A stretch of 64,000 nt of DNA from Planctomycetota bacterium. Its GTDB lineage: Bacteria > Planctomycetota > UBA8108 > SXIK01. Below, in pieces: positions 30,086 to 40,186 of this stretch (the stretch's first letter is position 1; each line of letters opens with the position of its first letter). The DNA is taken from assembly GCA_965223265.1 (NCBI GenBank), contig OZ244999.1, positions 5,568,001 through 5,632,000 on the forward strand, in the 5' to 3' direction. Made by a program: the position numbers and the translations under genes. Under the pieces are notes generated by a model. That model saw nothing but the letters and a program-made list of their open reading frames with translations, was not told the DNA's origin and made no database searches.

Positions 30086-30871
30086 ATGGGACAAAACCTG
30101 ACAGGTCGGTGCGCGCTCGTCACCGGCGGCGCTCGCGGTATCGGCCGTGGAATCGCACTCGCACTTGCGCGTGCCGGCGCCGATGTGGCTGTCGTCGACT
30201 GGCAGCCAGAAGCCGCCGACACAGATGTCATCGCAGAGATCGAATCTCTGGGACAGCGAGCCGTGCTTTTCAAAGCCGACGTGAGCGACCGCGCCGCCGT
30301 GGAAACCACACTGGCGCAGACGACGGAGCGACTCGGCGCAATCGATATCGCCGTTGCCAACGCGGCGTTCTCTATCCGCGAGCCGGTCGAGAGTGCCGCG
30401 TGGGAGGACGTCAAACGGACGATCGAAGTCACTCAGTTTGGAGTCTTTCACACGTGCCAGCTGGCGGCGCAGCAGATGATTCGCCAACATGCCTCGGGCC
30501 GGAGCGGCGGCAAGATCATCATCACCGGCTCGATCCATGAAGAGATCGCAGTGCCGGAAAGCGCGGCGTACAACATGGCGAAGACGGCCGTCAACCACCT
30601 GGCGCGCACTATGGCGTCGGAGCTGGCGCGCCACCGCATCAATGTCAATGTGATCAACCCCGGGTGGATCGACACTCCCGGCGAGCGCAAGTACGCCACG
30701 GAGGAGGAGCTGCAGGAGATCGCCAAGGACCTGCCGTGGGGTCGCATGGGCACGCCGGACGACATCGGCAAAGCGGCGGCGTTTCTCGCTAGCGACGACG
30801 CGGACTACATCACTGGGGCATCCCTCCGTATCGACGGCGGCCTGACGCTAGCGTGGCGCAGTCACAAATGA
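30086..30871 (+). CDS. SDR oxidoreductase (glucose-1-dehydrogenase-like)
   Basis: TGGARGIG, NAA, YNMAK, PGWIDT, ITGASLRIDGG. Confidence 0.9.
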   Translation: MGQNLTGRCALVTGGARGIGRGIALALARAGADVAVVDWQPEAADTDVIAEIESLGQRAVLFKADVSDRAAVETTLAQTTERLGAIDIAVANAAFSIREPVESAAWEDVKRTIEVTQFGVFHTCQLAAQQMIRQHASGRSGGKIIITGSIHEEIAVPESAAYNMAKTAVNHLARTMASELARHRINVNVINPGWIDTPGERKYATEEELQEIAKDLPWGRMGTPDDIGKAAAFLASDDADYITGASLRIDGGLTLAWRSHK

Positions 30872-32148
30872 CGGACGCGGAGAGTTCCATCCCGCCGCGC
30901 AGCCGCGCCTGGACGCAGGGGCTGTTGGCGATACTGCTCGCCGCCTCGCTTCTCAACTACGCCGACCGACAGGCATTCCCCGTCGCCGCGGTGACGCTCA
31001 AGGCGGACCTCGGCCTGAACAACGCGCAGTACGGCGACATCGTCGGCGCGTTCGGGCTGGCATTTGCGGCGGGTAGCCTCATCGGCGGCATCGTCGCCGA
31101 CATGATCAGCGTCCGCTGGCTCTTTGTCTGCGTGCTTCTCGGGTGGTCTGCGGCCGGTATCGCGTGCGGTTTCGCCAACAGTTACGAGTCGGTCAAGTGG
31201 TGCCGCGTCGCTCTGGGAGCCTGCGCCGCCATGCATTGGCCCTGTGCCCTTCGCACCACGCAGCGGCTGTTCGCGCCTGAAAACCGTCCGTTTGCGAACG
31301 GATTTCTGCAAGCAGGTGCGCCTCTCGGTGCCATCCTGCCGTCGCTGTGTATGCTGCTGCTTCCGGACGGAGAAGAACGCTGGCGGCAGATGTTTTGGCT
31401 CCTAGGCGCGCTCGGTGTTCCGTGGACGATCATCTGGCTGAGCTGGGTACGCCAGCGTGACTTCGAGCAGCCCGCACTGCAAACAGTCGAAGCCACCGGT
31501 CCTGGCGTCGGCGGCAACGCGATCTTCGTCGAGATGCCGCTCGGCCGACTCTTTCTTTCGCGACGATTCGTGCTCCTGATCTTTGTGGTCATCTGCATCA
31601 ACACCTGCTGGCACTACATCCGCGCGTGGATGCCGCTCGCCCTTGAGGAACAGCTCAAGTTTTCCAGCGATCAAACGCAAGTCGTTCAGACCGCCTACTG
31701 GATCGCAGCCACGGTGGGCGCCGTCAGCGTCGGTCTGCTCACACGCTTCTTCCTCGCCCGCGGCGCCTCGACTCACGGTGCACGCCTCGGAGCGTTTTCG
31801 TGCTTTACTGCGGCGACATGTTTGACGCTCGTCGCCGCGTTTGTCGGTTCCGGTCCGCTGTTCGTCGCTCTCATGATGGTGATCGGCTGGGGTGCACTGG
31901 GATTCTTCCCCATCTACTACTCGCTCGTGCAGGAACTTTCCGCAAAGCACCAAGGAAAGGTCGGCGGTGTGCTCGCATTCTCGACGTGGGGGGTGCTGTA
32001 CTTCGTTCACCCTGCAGTCGGCCGGCTGACGGACGCCAACCCGGACGTCTGGGTCTACCTGTTTGCCGCCGCTGGAATCCTGCCGTGCCTGGCTCTCGCC
32101 GCTCTCGTTCTCTTTTGGAGAGAGCGACCCAAAGCGGTAGAACAGTAG
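30868..32148 (+). CDS. MFS transporter (ACS/hexuronate-transporter-like)
   Basis: LNYADRQ motif, ~12 hydrophobic segments; ATGA overlap with the SDR gene. Confidence 0.85.
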   Translation: MTDAESSIPPRSRAWTQGLLAILLAASLLNYADRQAFPVAAVTLKADLGLNNAQYGDIVGAFGLAFAAGSLIGGIVADMISVRWLFVCVLLGWSAAGIACGFANSYESVKWCRVALGACAAMHWPCALRTTQRLFAPENRPFANGFLQAGAPLGAILPSLCMLLLPDGEERWRQMFWLLGALGVPWTIIWLSWVRQRDFEQPALQTVEATGPGVGGNAIFVEMPLGRLFLSRRFVLLIFVVICINTCWHYIRAWMPLALEEQLKFSSDQTQVVQTAYWIAATVGAVSVGLLTRFFLARGASTHGARLGAFSCFTAATCLTLVAAFVGSGPLFVALMMVIGWGALGFFPIYYSLVQELSAKHQGKVGGVLAFSTWGVLYFVHPAVGRLTDANPDVWVYLFAAAGILPCLALAALVLFWRERPKAVEQ

Positions 32149-32214
32149 AGGTGTCGCTAACACTTCGCTCCGACCTATCGGTCGGTTACACCATTGCATC
32201 GGGAACGTTCTGCC

Positions 32215-33141
32215 ATGCATGTCATGCGATTCCTCTTCGCCGCGGCGCTCCTAGCGCCACTGGTTCGCTTGCCGGCAGAGACGCCACCGAAGGAAGAACC
32301 ACAGACCGAAGACCCGGCGCCCGTCTCCAAGCTACTCCTCGAGGCCGACAGACTGACGCGCCGTGGCGACTACGACGCGGCGCTAGCAATAGCAAAACGC
32401 GCCGCGGCGAGCGATCCCAAATCGGTCGACGCAGCGGCGGCCATCGGCATGATTCAGGCGCTCAAGCGCGACTACAAAGCAGCGATCGACGCGTTCAACG
32501 GCGCGCTCAAGCTCGACCCCGAGCGCGGTCGGCTATACGACCGACGCGGCGACCAGTACTTCAAGCTCGGCGAGTTCAACAAAGCCATCGACGACTACGA
32601 TGCGTTCCTGCGTCGTGAGCCACGCCACGCGCGCTCGCACTGGCGGCGCGGCATCGCCTACTACTACGCCGGCGAGTACGACAAAGGGCGCCTGCAGTTT
32701 CGCGGCTACCAGAAGTTCGACTCCAACGACGTCGAAAACGCGGTGTGGCATTATCTCTGCATCGCCCGCGCCCACGGCACGGAGCTGGCGCAAAAGTCGA
32801 TGCTCAAGATCGGCGACGATCGTCGCGTCCCCATGCGTCAGATCTACGAGCTCTTCGCAGGGCGGCTGAAGCCCGCGGCAGTACTCGAGACCGCAAGGGC
32901 GGGCGATCCATCGTCTGAAGATCTCAACCGCCGACTCTTCTACGCACACCTCTACCTCGGACTCTACTGGCAAGTGAAGAAAGACCCGGAGAAAGAACGC
33001 CAGCACATCGCATTGGCCGCTGAGAAGCACCGCATCGGTCACTTCATGTGGGACGTCGCACGAGTCCACGCGGAGACGTGGAAGAGACGCGGGCGCGCAG
33101 ACACGCCGAAGGGAGGCGACAGCGAGAAGAAGCGCCCGTAG
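32215..33141 (+). CDS. secreted TPR protein (NlpI-like)
   Basis: signal peptide; RGIAYYYAG, DVENAVW, FYAHLYLGLY. Confidence 0.8.
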   Translation: MHVMRFLFAAALLAPLVRLPAETPPKEEPQTEDPAPVSKLLLEADRLTRRGDYDAALAIAKRAAASDPKSVDAAAAIGMIQALKRDYKAAIDAFNGALKLDPERGRLYDRRGDQYFKLGEFNKAIDDYDAFLRREPRHARSHWRRGIAYYYAGEYDKGRLQFRGYQKFDSNDVENAVWHYLCIARAHGTELAQKSMLKIGDDRRVPMRQIYELFAGRLKPAAVLETARAGDPSSEDLNRRLFYAHLYLGLYWQVKKDPEKERQHIALAAEKHRIGHFMWDVARVHAETWKRRGRADTPKGGDSEKKRP

Positions 33142-33194
33142 CGCTGAACGACTCGGTTTGCGCTTGCGTTCAAAGCCGCAGGCACGCGCCGCGT

Positions 33195-33347
33195 GCGTTT
33201 GCGTTTGCGTTTGCGTTTGCGTTTGCGTTTGCGTTTGCGTTTGCGTTTGCGTTTGCGTTTGCGTTTGCGTTTGCGTTTGCGTTTGCGTTTGCGTTTGCGT
33301 GGGCGTGGGCGTGAGCGTGGGCGTGAGCGTGGGCGTGGGCGTGGGCG
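33195..33347. repeat. microsatellite (GCGTTT)17 followed by ~8 GCGTGR units
   Basis: direct count. Confidence 0.95.
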
Positions 33348-33355
33348 CTTCTCAA

Positions 33356-33424
33356 AGTAGCAGGCACTCTCCGAGTGCCGTGGCCGGAGAGAAGACGGAC
33401 GGCACTCGGAGAGTGCCTGCTACT
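33356..33424. repeat. GTAG-family REP doublet (REPIN)
   Basis: AGTAGCAGGCACTCTCCGAGTGCCGT ... ACGGCACTCGGAGAGTGCCTGCTACT, perfect inverted arms. Confidence 0.85.
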
Positions 33425-33528
33425 ATGGGGCGCTTCTGTCGTTTGCGTTTGCGTGGGCGTGGGCGTGCTCCTCTGTTCCTGAGTCTGCCTTAGCCGTCCG
33501 TCTCAGTCCCTCCGCGTGGGCGCATCTT

Positions 33529-33646
33529 GTGTCTCCGTCGTGGACACTTCGTCCCGGCCGACCTTGCGATGTTCACGCGGGGCGCAAGCCTCACGCCCAC
33601 GAAGAGCTCACTTCAAGCTCTTTGCGACACCGGCACGAAAATCGCA
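33529..33646 (+). promoter_or_regulatory. putative sigma-54 promoter with upstream TGT-N11-ACA enhancer box
   Basis: cGGcacgaaaatcGCa (GG-N10-GC) at 33632-33645; GTGTC-N9-GACAC at 33529-33547; lies upstream of a PEP-CTERM gene. Confidence 0.55.
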
Positions 33647-33712
33647 GTGTCAAAAAACATGGGAAACTCCCATAGGGTCGTCCGCCGTGCCCCTTCAACC
33701 TACGAGAGAAAC

Positions 33713-34144
33713 ATGCGTCGAAACATTAGCTTTGTCGTTGCACTCCTGGTCACCATGCACTTCACCGCCACCCCGGCTTACGCCGAGAACTTCGTCGACG
33801 AGATCCTGATCCTTCTCGGTCTCGAGGACAAGAAGAAGAGCCCGAGTGGCGGGATCGTCCCGAACGTCATCGAAGACGGCGGCGGTTCGAACGACGAGAT
33901 ACCGGAGCGCATCATCGATCACTTCGAAGAGAACGATGGCAACCCACCGCTTCCTGGGGACGACGAAGAGAACGACCTGCCCTTCAACGAAAACCAGGAC
34001 CCGCCGATCTTTGGCCTGCAGCAGGAGCCGGGTCTGCCGACGACGCCTGAGCCGCTGACGTGTCTTCTCGTTACTTTGGGCGCTGGTGCTGGCCTTGTCG
34101 TTCGTCGCAAGCGAGCCGCCAGTTCTACGACAGACGATCTCTAA
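33713..34144 (+). CDS. small PEP-CTERM sorting-domain protein
   Basis: signal peptide ...TPAYA; C-terminal TPEP-hydrophobic-RRKR. Confidence 0.75.
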   Translation: MRRNISFVVALLVTMHFTATPAYAENFVDEILILLGLEDKKKSPSGGIVPNVIEDGGGSNDEIPERIIDHFEENDGNPPLPGDDEENDLPFNENQDPPIFGLQQEPGLPTTPEPLTCLLVTLGAGAGLVVRRKRAASSTTDDL

Positions 34145-34170
34145 GAAACTCCTCTCGAAACCAAAACAAT

Positions 34171-34218
34171 GGCGACAAAGACCAACCCTCCCTGTGGTCT
34201 TTGTCGCCGTCTTTTTTT
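34171..34218 (+). terminator. rho-independent terminator
   Basis: 14-bp stem ggcgacaaagacca/tggtctttgtcgcc followed by a T tract. Confidence 0.8.
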
Positions 34219-34243
34219 CCCGCTTCGCCGAGGTGCGACGGAA

Positions 34244-35428
34244 TCAGCGTGCCGCGGTTTCCTGCTGAGCCTGGTAGGTGATCCAGGAAACCTGCGTGAT
34301 CAGCTGATCGATCGAAGCGAAGGAAACGGCGGCGTTCGTGGCGTACTTCGGTGCGCTGTTGGCGGGAAATGTCGCCAGTGTAGCGTCGCCCACCAAAAAC
34401 ACGTTGAAGTCCTTCGACAGATTCTCGTATCCAGCCGTCGTCTTGCAGTAGCACATGTCTGTGGCGTATCCCGTCATGAGGACGTGCCGAATTCCCTCGT
34501 CTTTGAGAAACTTTTTCAGCGGCTCATAGCCCGGCGCGTCGTAAATCACGACATCGTCCTCATGGACGTCGATATCACGCGTCACCGGAATCGGGAGGTC
34601 CCAAAAGCCCGCGCTGTTGAATTGAGGTCCGGCGTCAAGGCCGCGGAATTGGCGGAAATAATCGATGACCGGGTGCGCCTTCGAAAGCTTGAGCGTCGCC
34701 GGCAGTGGCTCGCCGGTATAGTCGAACCCGTTTAACTTGCGATCGAGCTCTTTCGCTCCTTCACGGCGTTCCTCGGCCGATGGTTTGTGCGTGAACGACC
34801 GGTAGAGCTTGCGGCGGATCGGATCCTTGTCGCCGGGAAGGCTATAGAGGATGAGTTTCACCTTGCCGCGCAGCGACTTGAGGAACGGGTTGATCACTTC
34901 GCGGGTGTGCTTCCCAGCGAGTGCGTTCTTTGTCGGTGTACAGAAATCAGCGGCTCCCGCCGGCTGCGGCGTGCGCCACCCCTGTCCGTCGTCGACGCCC
35001 CAGGGGTGCACCATGACGATCGCTGTCTCGGCCGCGCGTAGTCGATTGGGCATCTCGATGATGCCGCGCGCGTTGTACGAGAATCGCCATGCACGCACAA
35101 AGAGGTCGGCCCCTTCGTCGTCCACGAGTATGGGAGCTTCATAGCGCTGCACCTCCTCAACGGGCGCGACATAATCGGGATGGTCCGCGAGGATCGGACG
35201 CGGGCTATCGATGATTTTGAGCGTATTTTTGTACTCGCGGGTCTCCTCCGTCCCTGCAGCGACATCGGAGGGGGTCTCGGCGCCAGCGGCGGCATGCGAG
35301 AGCATCTCACGTGTCGAGCAGTAGAGAGCCAACACAAGCGCCGCCGCACATACGAAGGTGAGGCAGCGACGAACGCACGGGAATTGCGATTCAAATCGAC
35401 GGCAGCGGGAAAGCGACTGAGCGCGCAT
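34244..35428 (-). CDS. isochorismatase/cysteine-hydrolase-like protein
   Basis: GIRHVLMTGYATDMCY...FNVFLVGDAT; N-terminal hydrophobic segment. Confidence 0.65.
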   Translation of the reverse strand: MRAQSLSRCRRFESQFPCVRRCLTFVCAAALVLALYCSTREMLSHAAAGAETPSDVAAGTEETREYKNTLKIIDSPRPILADHPDYVAPVEEVQRYEAPILVDDEGADLFVRAWRFSYNARGIIEMPNRLRAAETAIVMVHPWGVDDGQGWRTPQPAGAADFCTPTKNALAGKHTREVINPFLKSLRGKVKLILYSLPGDKDPIRRKLYRSFTHKPSAEERREGAKELDRKLNGFDYTGEPLPATLKLSKAHPVIDYFRQFRGLDAGPQFNSAGFWDLPIPVTRDIDVHEDDVVIYDAPGYEPLKKFLKDEGIRHVLMTGYATDMCYCKTTAGYENLSKDFNVFLVGDATLATFPANSAPKYATNAAVSFASIDQLITQVSWITYQAQQETAAR

Positions 35429-35464
35429 GGTTCCTCCGCGGAAGACAGACCAAACGAGTGGGCA

Positions 35465-36586
35465 CTACGCTAAATCGACGCGACACGAGGCCACTTGATC
35501 GTCGTCGAGCTCAACACCGAGACCTGGTCCCGACGGCGGCATGGCACGGCCGCCACTGAGCTCAAGCGACTCGGCGAGCAAATCTGTGTCGTAATAAAGC
35601 GGCCCGATGATATCACAAGGGAACTCCTCCGAGCCGATCCCTGATGTCGCCATGGCGAGGTGGATCATCGCCGCGCTCGCCACACCGAGCTCCAGATTGC
35701 TCCCGATCGTGCACGTCGCCCCGGCTGCTTGGGCGACCGCCGCGATCTTCAGCCCGGCGCTGATGCCGCCGCCCTTGCCGACATAGACCGACAGGACGTC
35801 TGCGGCGTCGGCGCGCAAGACCGCCATCGCCTCCTGGAGATTGAAGACGCTCTCGTCGGCCATGATGGGAACGCGCACGCTGCGGCGCACGTCAGCCAGC
35901 CACGTGACGTCGAGCGGCTGAACGGGCTGCTCGGCAAAGAAGATATCGTACTCCTCAAGCTCGCGAATCATCCGGATCGCGACGCGCGGCGACCATCCAC
36001 CATTGGCATCGATGCCGAGGCGCACATCCGGTCCGATCGCCTGGCGAATGGCACGCACACGGGCGATGTCCTCCTTGGGGTCAATCCCGACCTTGACCTT
36101 CATGGCACGAAAACCAACGTCGATCGCCCACGAAGCGATGTCGGCTGCACGTGCTGGATCGGTACCCGAAATCGAAAACTTCGTCGTCACCGCGTCGCGC
36201 GCTGGCCCGCCGAGCAAGCGGTAGAGCGGAAGTCCAGCGACCTTCCCGAGAATGTCCCAAAGTGCCATCTCAAGAGCTGACTTGGTGAACACATGACCGA
36301 CGATCGGCGCTTCGATACGCGCAACGAGTCGTTCGATCTGCAGTGGATCCTCGCCGATCAGGAGGGGCGACAAGACTCGCTCAATGAAGTGCGCCGATGT
36401 GACGTAATCCTCACCGCTCCAGATCGGGTCGCAGGAAACTTCGCCGAGTCCGACGACACCGTCGTCGGTGTGCATCTTGACGAGAAGGAAAGTGTTCTCC
36501 GCGGTGAACTTCTTGCTCGAACGGATCGCACGCTCCGGATTCTTCTTCAGACGTACAGGGATCGTCTCGATGCGGGTGATCTTCAT
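35465..36586 (-). CDS. mandelate racemase/muconate lactonizing enzyme family (enolase superfamily)
   Basis: KSALEMALWDILGK, KVKVG, DANGGW, EQP, DES; start set at MKITRIE. Confidence 0.9.
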   Translation of the reverse strand: MKITRIETIPVRLKKNPERAIRSSKKFTAENTFLLVKMHTDDGVVGLGEVSCDPIWSGEDYVTSAHFIERVLSPLLIGEDPLQIERLVARIEAPIVGHVFTKSALEMALWDILGKVAGLPLYRLLGGPARDAVTTKFSISGTDPARAADIASWAIDVGFRAMKVKVGIDPKEDIARVRAIRQAIGPDVRLGIDANGGWSPRVAIRMIRELEEYDIFFAEQPVQPLDVTWLADVRRSVRVPIMADESVFNLQEAMAVLRADAADVLSVYVGKGGGISAGLKIAAVAQAAGATCTIGSNLELGVASAAMIHLAMATSGIGSEEFPCDIIGPLYYDTDLLAESLELSGGRAMPPSGPGLGVELDDDQVASCRVDLA

Positions 36587-37056
36587 GCGAGGTCTCGAGG
36601 CTGACGGAACAGACCCATCGGGGGCAGCGGGTCTGCTCCAACATAACAGGAAGCTATAGAGCTGGGACAATGAAATGAAGTTCGCGCGCTGGTCCACCGC
36701 GTCGGGAGGAGTCATCGGTGACGGTTTTCTTGGGGAGGAACTGTGGGTGACTGCGAGGGCGAGGGCACCCTTGAGGCCGGCTTTCGTTCGGTTACGATCG
36801 ACAAAACCGCCGCACGCACGCCCGGAGCAGCAGAGCTCTTCTCTCCGTTCGGCTCGATCGCCGCGGTCGCACCGGTGTGCGGGGGCGTTCTCCGAATCCG
36901 TCTCTGCCTCCGACTCTGTCTCTGCGAGCGGCAATGAGTCCGCACGCGAAGCGTCTCGTTTGGCGGCCAGGCAGCAAATGCCCTTGCTGCCTGGCCAAGA
37001 CCGTTTTGGTGCGCTGAGGTTTCCTGAAGTTTTCGAAAGAGTCTATCGCGCGGTTG

Positions 37057-37224
37057 AAGCCAGCCTTCCATACGCACTTTGGGTGAGGAGTCTGTCCTGG
37101 AGTCCTCTGTGCAAGTTGGGGTCCGAACCGTCGTGGTGCTGCACACTCCGTCGCGAACTCCTGGTATGATCGAAGGAAGTTTGGACGCCCTCGATCGGTT
37201 CAGTGCAGAGGTCGCAGTCACCAA
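37057..37224 (-). ncRNA. predicted bridge/seek RNA, copy 1 (boundaries approximate)
   Basis: 3' non-coding region with guide-like matches to the target and donor junctions and internal hairpins. Confidence 0.55.
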
Positions 37225-37291
37225 GACGAGACTTTTCACGCGGGTAGATCCTTCAGAGGTTTTTCAGTCGCCTCGTAATGACACAGGAGGC

Positions 37292-38368
37292 TCAGGCCGA
37301 GCGACGCGTCGAGCGCGAGGCGTTGTAGAGTGGATCGTAGCGCTCGCCGCTGGCCCAGAGGTGATGCATCAGCACGGCGAGCTTTCGTGCCACGGCGACC
37401 GTGGCTTGCTTTTTGCCCCTGGCAGCGCCGCGCTGTCCCAGCCGCTCACCGAAGCGCCTTAGATCGCAGTCCTCCCCGAACGGCCCCAAGATATAATGCG
37501 CGCTGCCGACAAGCAGTCGGCGTAGGTAGCCGTTGCCATACTTCGAAATACGAAGCTGTGGAGTCCTCGACGAAGAGTCGTGCTGCTTCGGGACGAGTCC
37601 GAGATAGGCCCCGACCTTGCGGCTCTTGGAGAAACGCTCCGGGCTCTCCAGGCTCAAGACAAACGCCAGTGCCGTCAGTGGCCCTACGCCGTTGATCTCT
37701 TGAAGGCGCTTGGTCTCTGGGTACTTCTCTGAGAGCGCCTTGATCTCTCTGTCGTAGCTGCGCACCGTGGCGCTAAGCTGTCCGATCTGCTCGAGCATCG
37801 GTAGCACCGCCGCCTCGAGCTCCTCGGGAATATCCTCCCTGACTTTGTAGTGGAAGGCGGCGCTTGAGCAGCTCTTGAGGCGATACCCGCTCGACTTGAC
37901 GAGACCTCGCACGCTGTTGATCAGTGTCGTGCGAGTGCGCACTACCGCGTCACGCGCACGGATGACTGCCAGGTCGTTTTGCGCTGAAAGCTGGCGGTGA
38001 CGAACCGGTCGCAACAGGCGCGGGCTGCCCCAGCCCAGCGTCGCCAGGGTGACGGCGTCGAGCTCGTCGTTCTTGCGACCGTTGGCGGCAAGAGCGCGCC
38101 CAGCGCAGACAGGATTGGCAACGATCACCTCGAAGCCGAGCTCTTCGAGCACCGCACTGACCCACGGCGAGTGCGTGCTCGCCTCGCAGACCACGCGCGA
38201 GCCTCGCGGGAACTCATCAAAGCGCTTAGCGAGCGCCGAGCGTGTCGTCGCCACGCGCTCGTTGGCGAGGATCTCTCCATCGAGCGTTATCGCCACCAAG
38301 TGGCTAAGGCGGTCGCCGAGATCAAGGCCGATAGACAACATACGCTGAGTTTGATTACTTTGGGACAT
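37292..38368 (-). CDS. IS110-family transposase/recombinase
   Basis: IGLDLG, VCEAS, KNDELDA (DEDD); GVGPLTA, AYLGLVP.QHDS, RISKYGN, VAVARKL. Confidence 0.95.
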   Translation of the reverse strand: MSQSNQTQRMLSIGLDLGDRLSHLVAITLDGEILANERVATTRSALAKRFDEFPRGSRVVCEASTHSPWVSAVLEELGFEVIVANPVCAGRALAANGRKNDELDAVTLATLGWGSPRLLRPVRHRQLSAQNDLAVIRARDAVVRTRTTLINSVRGLVKSSGYRLKSCSSAAFHYKVREDIPEELEAAVLPMLEQIGQLSATVRSYDREIKALSEKYPETKRLQEINGVGPLTALAFVLSLESPERFSKSRKVGAYLGLVPKQHDSSSRTPQLRISKYGNGYLRRLLVGSAHYILGPFGEDCDLRRFGERLGQRGAARGKKQATVAVARKLAVLMHHLWASGERYDPLYNASRSTRRSA

Positions 38369-38784
38369 GGTCAGTCTCTCCTTCTGGGCTCAAAGCCCGG
38401 TTAATGTTGCAGATCCTTCTTCGGATACTGCGTGGAGGGACTGGCCTTCTCATCCCATCTCCGTCTCCGTCCGTCTGTCTCTGCCTCCGACTCTGCCTCC
38501 GACTCCGACTCTGTCTCTGCCTTCCATGAGAAGGCCAAAAAGTCAAGAGAGGCGAACGTGGTCGCCGCCCGAGCGCAGCGAGGTCAATCGTTCTCTGCGC
38601 CCAGCGAAGGTCAGTTGTAGGGTGGGAGGCCTGCGCGGCAGGGAGGGGCCCGCGAGCGGCAACGAGTCCGCACGCGAAGCGTCTCGTTTGGCGGCTGGGC
38701 AGCAAATGCCCTTGCTGCCTGGCCAAGAGCGTTTTGGTGCGCTGAGGTTTCCTGAAGTTCTCGAAAGAGTCTATGGCGCGGTTG

Positions 38785-38952
38785 AAGCCAGCCTTCCATA
38801 CGCACTTTGGGTGAGGAGTCTGTCCTGGAGTCCTCTGTGCAAGTTGGGGTCCGAACCGTCGTGGTGCTGCACACTCCGTCGCGAACTCCTGGTATGATCG
38901 AAGGAAGTTTGGACGCCCTCGATCGGTTCAGTGCAGAGATCGCAGTCACCAA
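38785..38952 (-). ncRNA. predicted bridge/seek RNA, copy 2 (boundaries approximate)
   Basis: 5'->3' order TCTCTGCACT, GACGGAG, CCCAACT, ATGGAAG matches target-left, target-right, donor-left, donor-right. Confidence 0.6.
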
Positions 38953-39019
38953 GACGAGACTTTTCACGCGGGTAGATCCTTCAGAGGTTTTTCAGTCGCC
39001 TCGTAATGACACAGGCGGC

Positions 39020-40096
39020 TCAGGCCGAGCGACGCTTCGAGCGCGAGGCGCTGTAGAGTGGATCGTAGCGCTCGCCGCTGGCCCAGAGGTGGTGCATCAG
39101 CACGGCGAGCTTTCGTGCCACGGCGACCGTAGCTTGCTTCTTACCGCGAGCGGCGCCGCGCTGCCCCAGCCGCTCACCAAAACGCCTCAGATCGCAGTCC
39201 TCCCCGAACGGCCCCAAGATGTAATGCGCGCTGCCGACAAGCAGTCGACGTAGGTAGCTATTGCCGTACTTCGAAATACGAAGCTGTGGAGTCCTCGACG
39301 AAGAGTCGTGCTGCTTCGGGACGAGTCCGAGATAGGCCCCGACCTTGCGGCTCTTGGAGAAACGCTCCCGATTCTCCAGGCTCAAGACAAACGCCAGCGC
39401 CGTCAGTGGCCCTACGCCGTTGATCTCTTGAAGGCTCTTGGTCTCTGGGTACTTCTCTGAGAGCGCCTTGATCTCTCTGTCGTAGCTGCGCACCGTGGCG
39501 CTAAGCTGCCCGATCTGCTCGAGCATCGGTAGCACCGCCGCCTCGAGCTCCTCGGGAATATCCTCCCTGACTTTGTAGTGGAAGGCGGCGCTTGAGCAGC
39601 TCTTGAGGCGATACCCGCTCGACTTGACGAGACCTCGCACGCTGTTGATCAGTGTCGTGCGAGTGCGCACTACTGCGTCACGGGCACGGATGACTGCCAG
39701 GTCGTTTTGGGCTGAGAGCTGGCGGTGACGAACCGGTCGCAACAGGCGCGGGCTGCCCCAGCCCAGCGTCGCCAGGGTGACGGCGTCGAGCTCGTCGTTC
39801 TTGCGACCGTTGGCGGCAAGAGCACGCCCTGCGCAGACAGGATTGGCAACGATCACCTCGAAGCCGAGCTCTTCGAGCACCGCACTGACCCACGGCGAGT
39901 GCGTGCCCGCCTCGCAGACCACGCGCGAGCCTCGCGGGAACTCATCAAAGCGCCTAGCGAGCGCCGAGCGTGTCGTCGCCACGCGCTCGTTGGCGAGGAT
40001 CTCTCCATCGAGCGTTATCGCCACCAAGTGGCTAAGGCGGTCGCCGAGATCAAGGCCGATAGACAACATACGCTGTGTTTGATTACTTTGGGACAT
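39020..40096 (-). CDS. IS110-family transposase/recombinase (second copy)
   Basis: same motifs; differs from copy 1 at only about eight residues. Confidence 0.95.
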   Translation of the reverse strand: MSQSNQTQRMLSIGLDLGDRLSHLVAITLDGEILANERVATTRSALARRFDEFPRGSRVVCEAGTHSPWVSAVLEELGFEVIVANPVCAGRALAANGRKNDELDAVTLATLGWGSPRLLRPVRHRQLSAQNDLAVIRARDAVVRTRTTLINSVRGLVKSSGYRLKSCSSAAFHYKVREDIPEELEAAVLPMLEQIGQLSATVRSYDREIKALSEKYPETKSLQEINGVGPLTALAFVLSLENRERFSKSRKVGAYLGLVPKQHDSSSRTPQLRISKYGNSYLRRLLVGSAHYILGPFGEDCDLRRFGERLGQRGAARGKKQATVAVARKLAVLMHHLWASGERYDPLYSASRSKRRSA

Positions 40097-40186
40097 GGTC
40101 AGTCTCTCCTTCTGGGTTCAAAGCCCGGTTAATGTTGCAGATCCTTCTTCGGATACTGCGTGGAGGGACTGGCCTTCTCATCCCAT

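Larger units (their letters stand above)
36924..38460 (-). mobile_element. IS110-family (IS1111-type) element, copy 1, lacking ~130 bp at its 3' end
   Basis: near-identical to 38652-40188 (offset 1728); has only one subterminal IR. Confidence 0.85.

Noticed and set aside
33048-33493. ORFs reading CVCVCV / AFAFAF / ANANAN
   Set aside because: Translations of the (GCGTTT)n microsatellite; open in several frames, with no RBS
36587-36934. N-terminal extension of the enolase-family ORF
   Set aside because: Extends into the repeat/IS junction; family-typical start is at 36586
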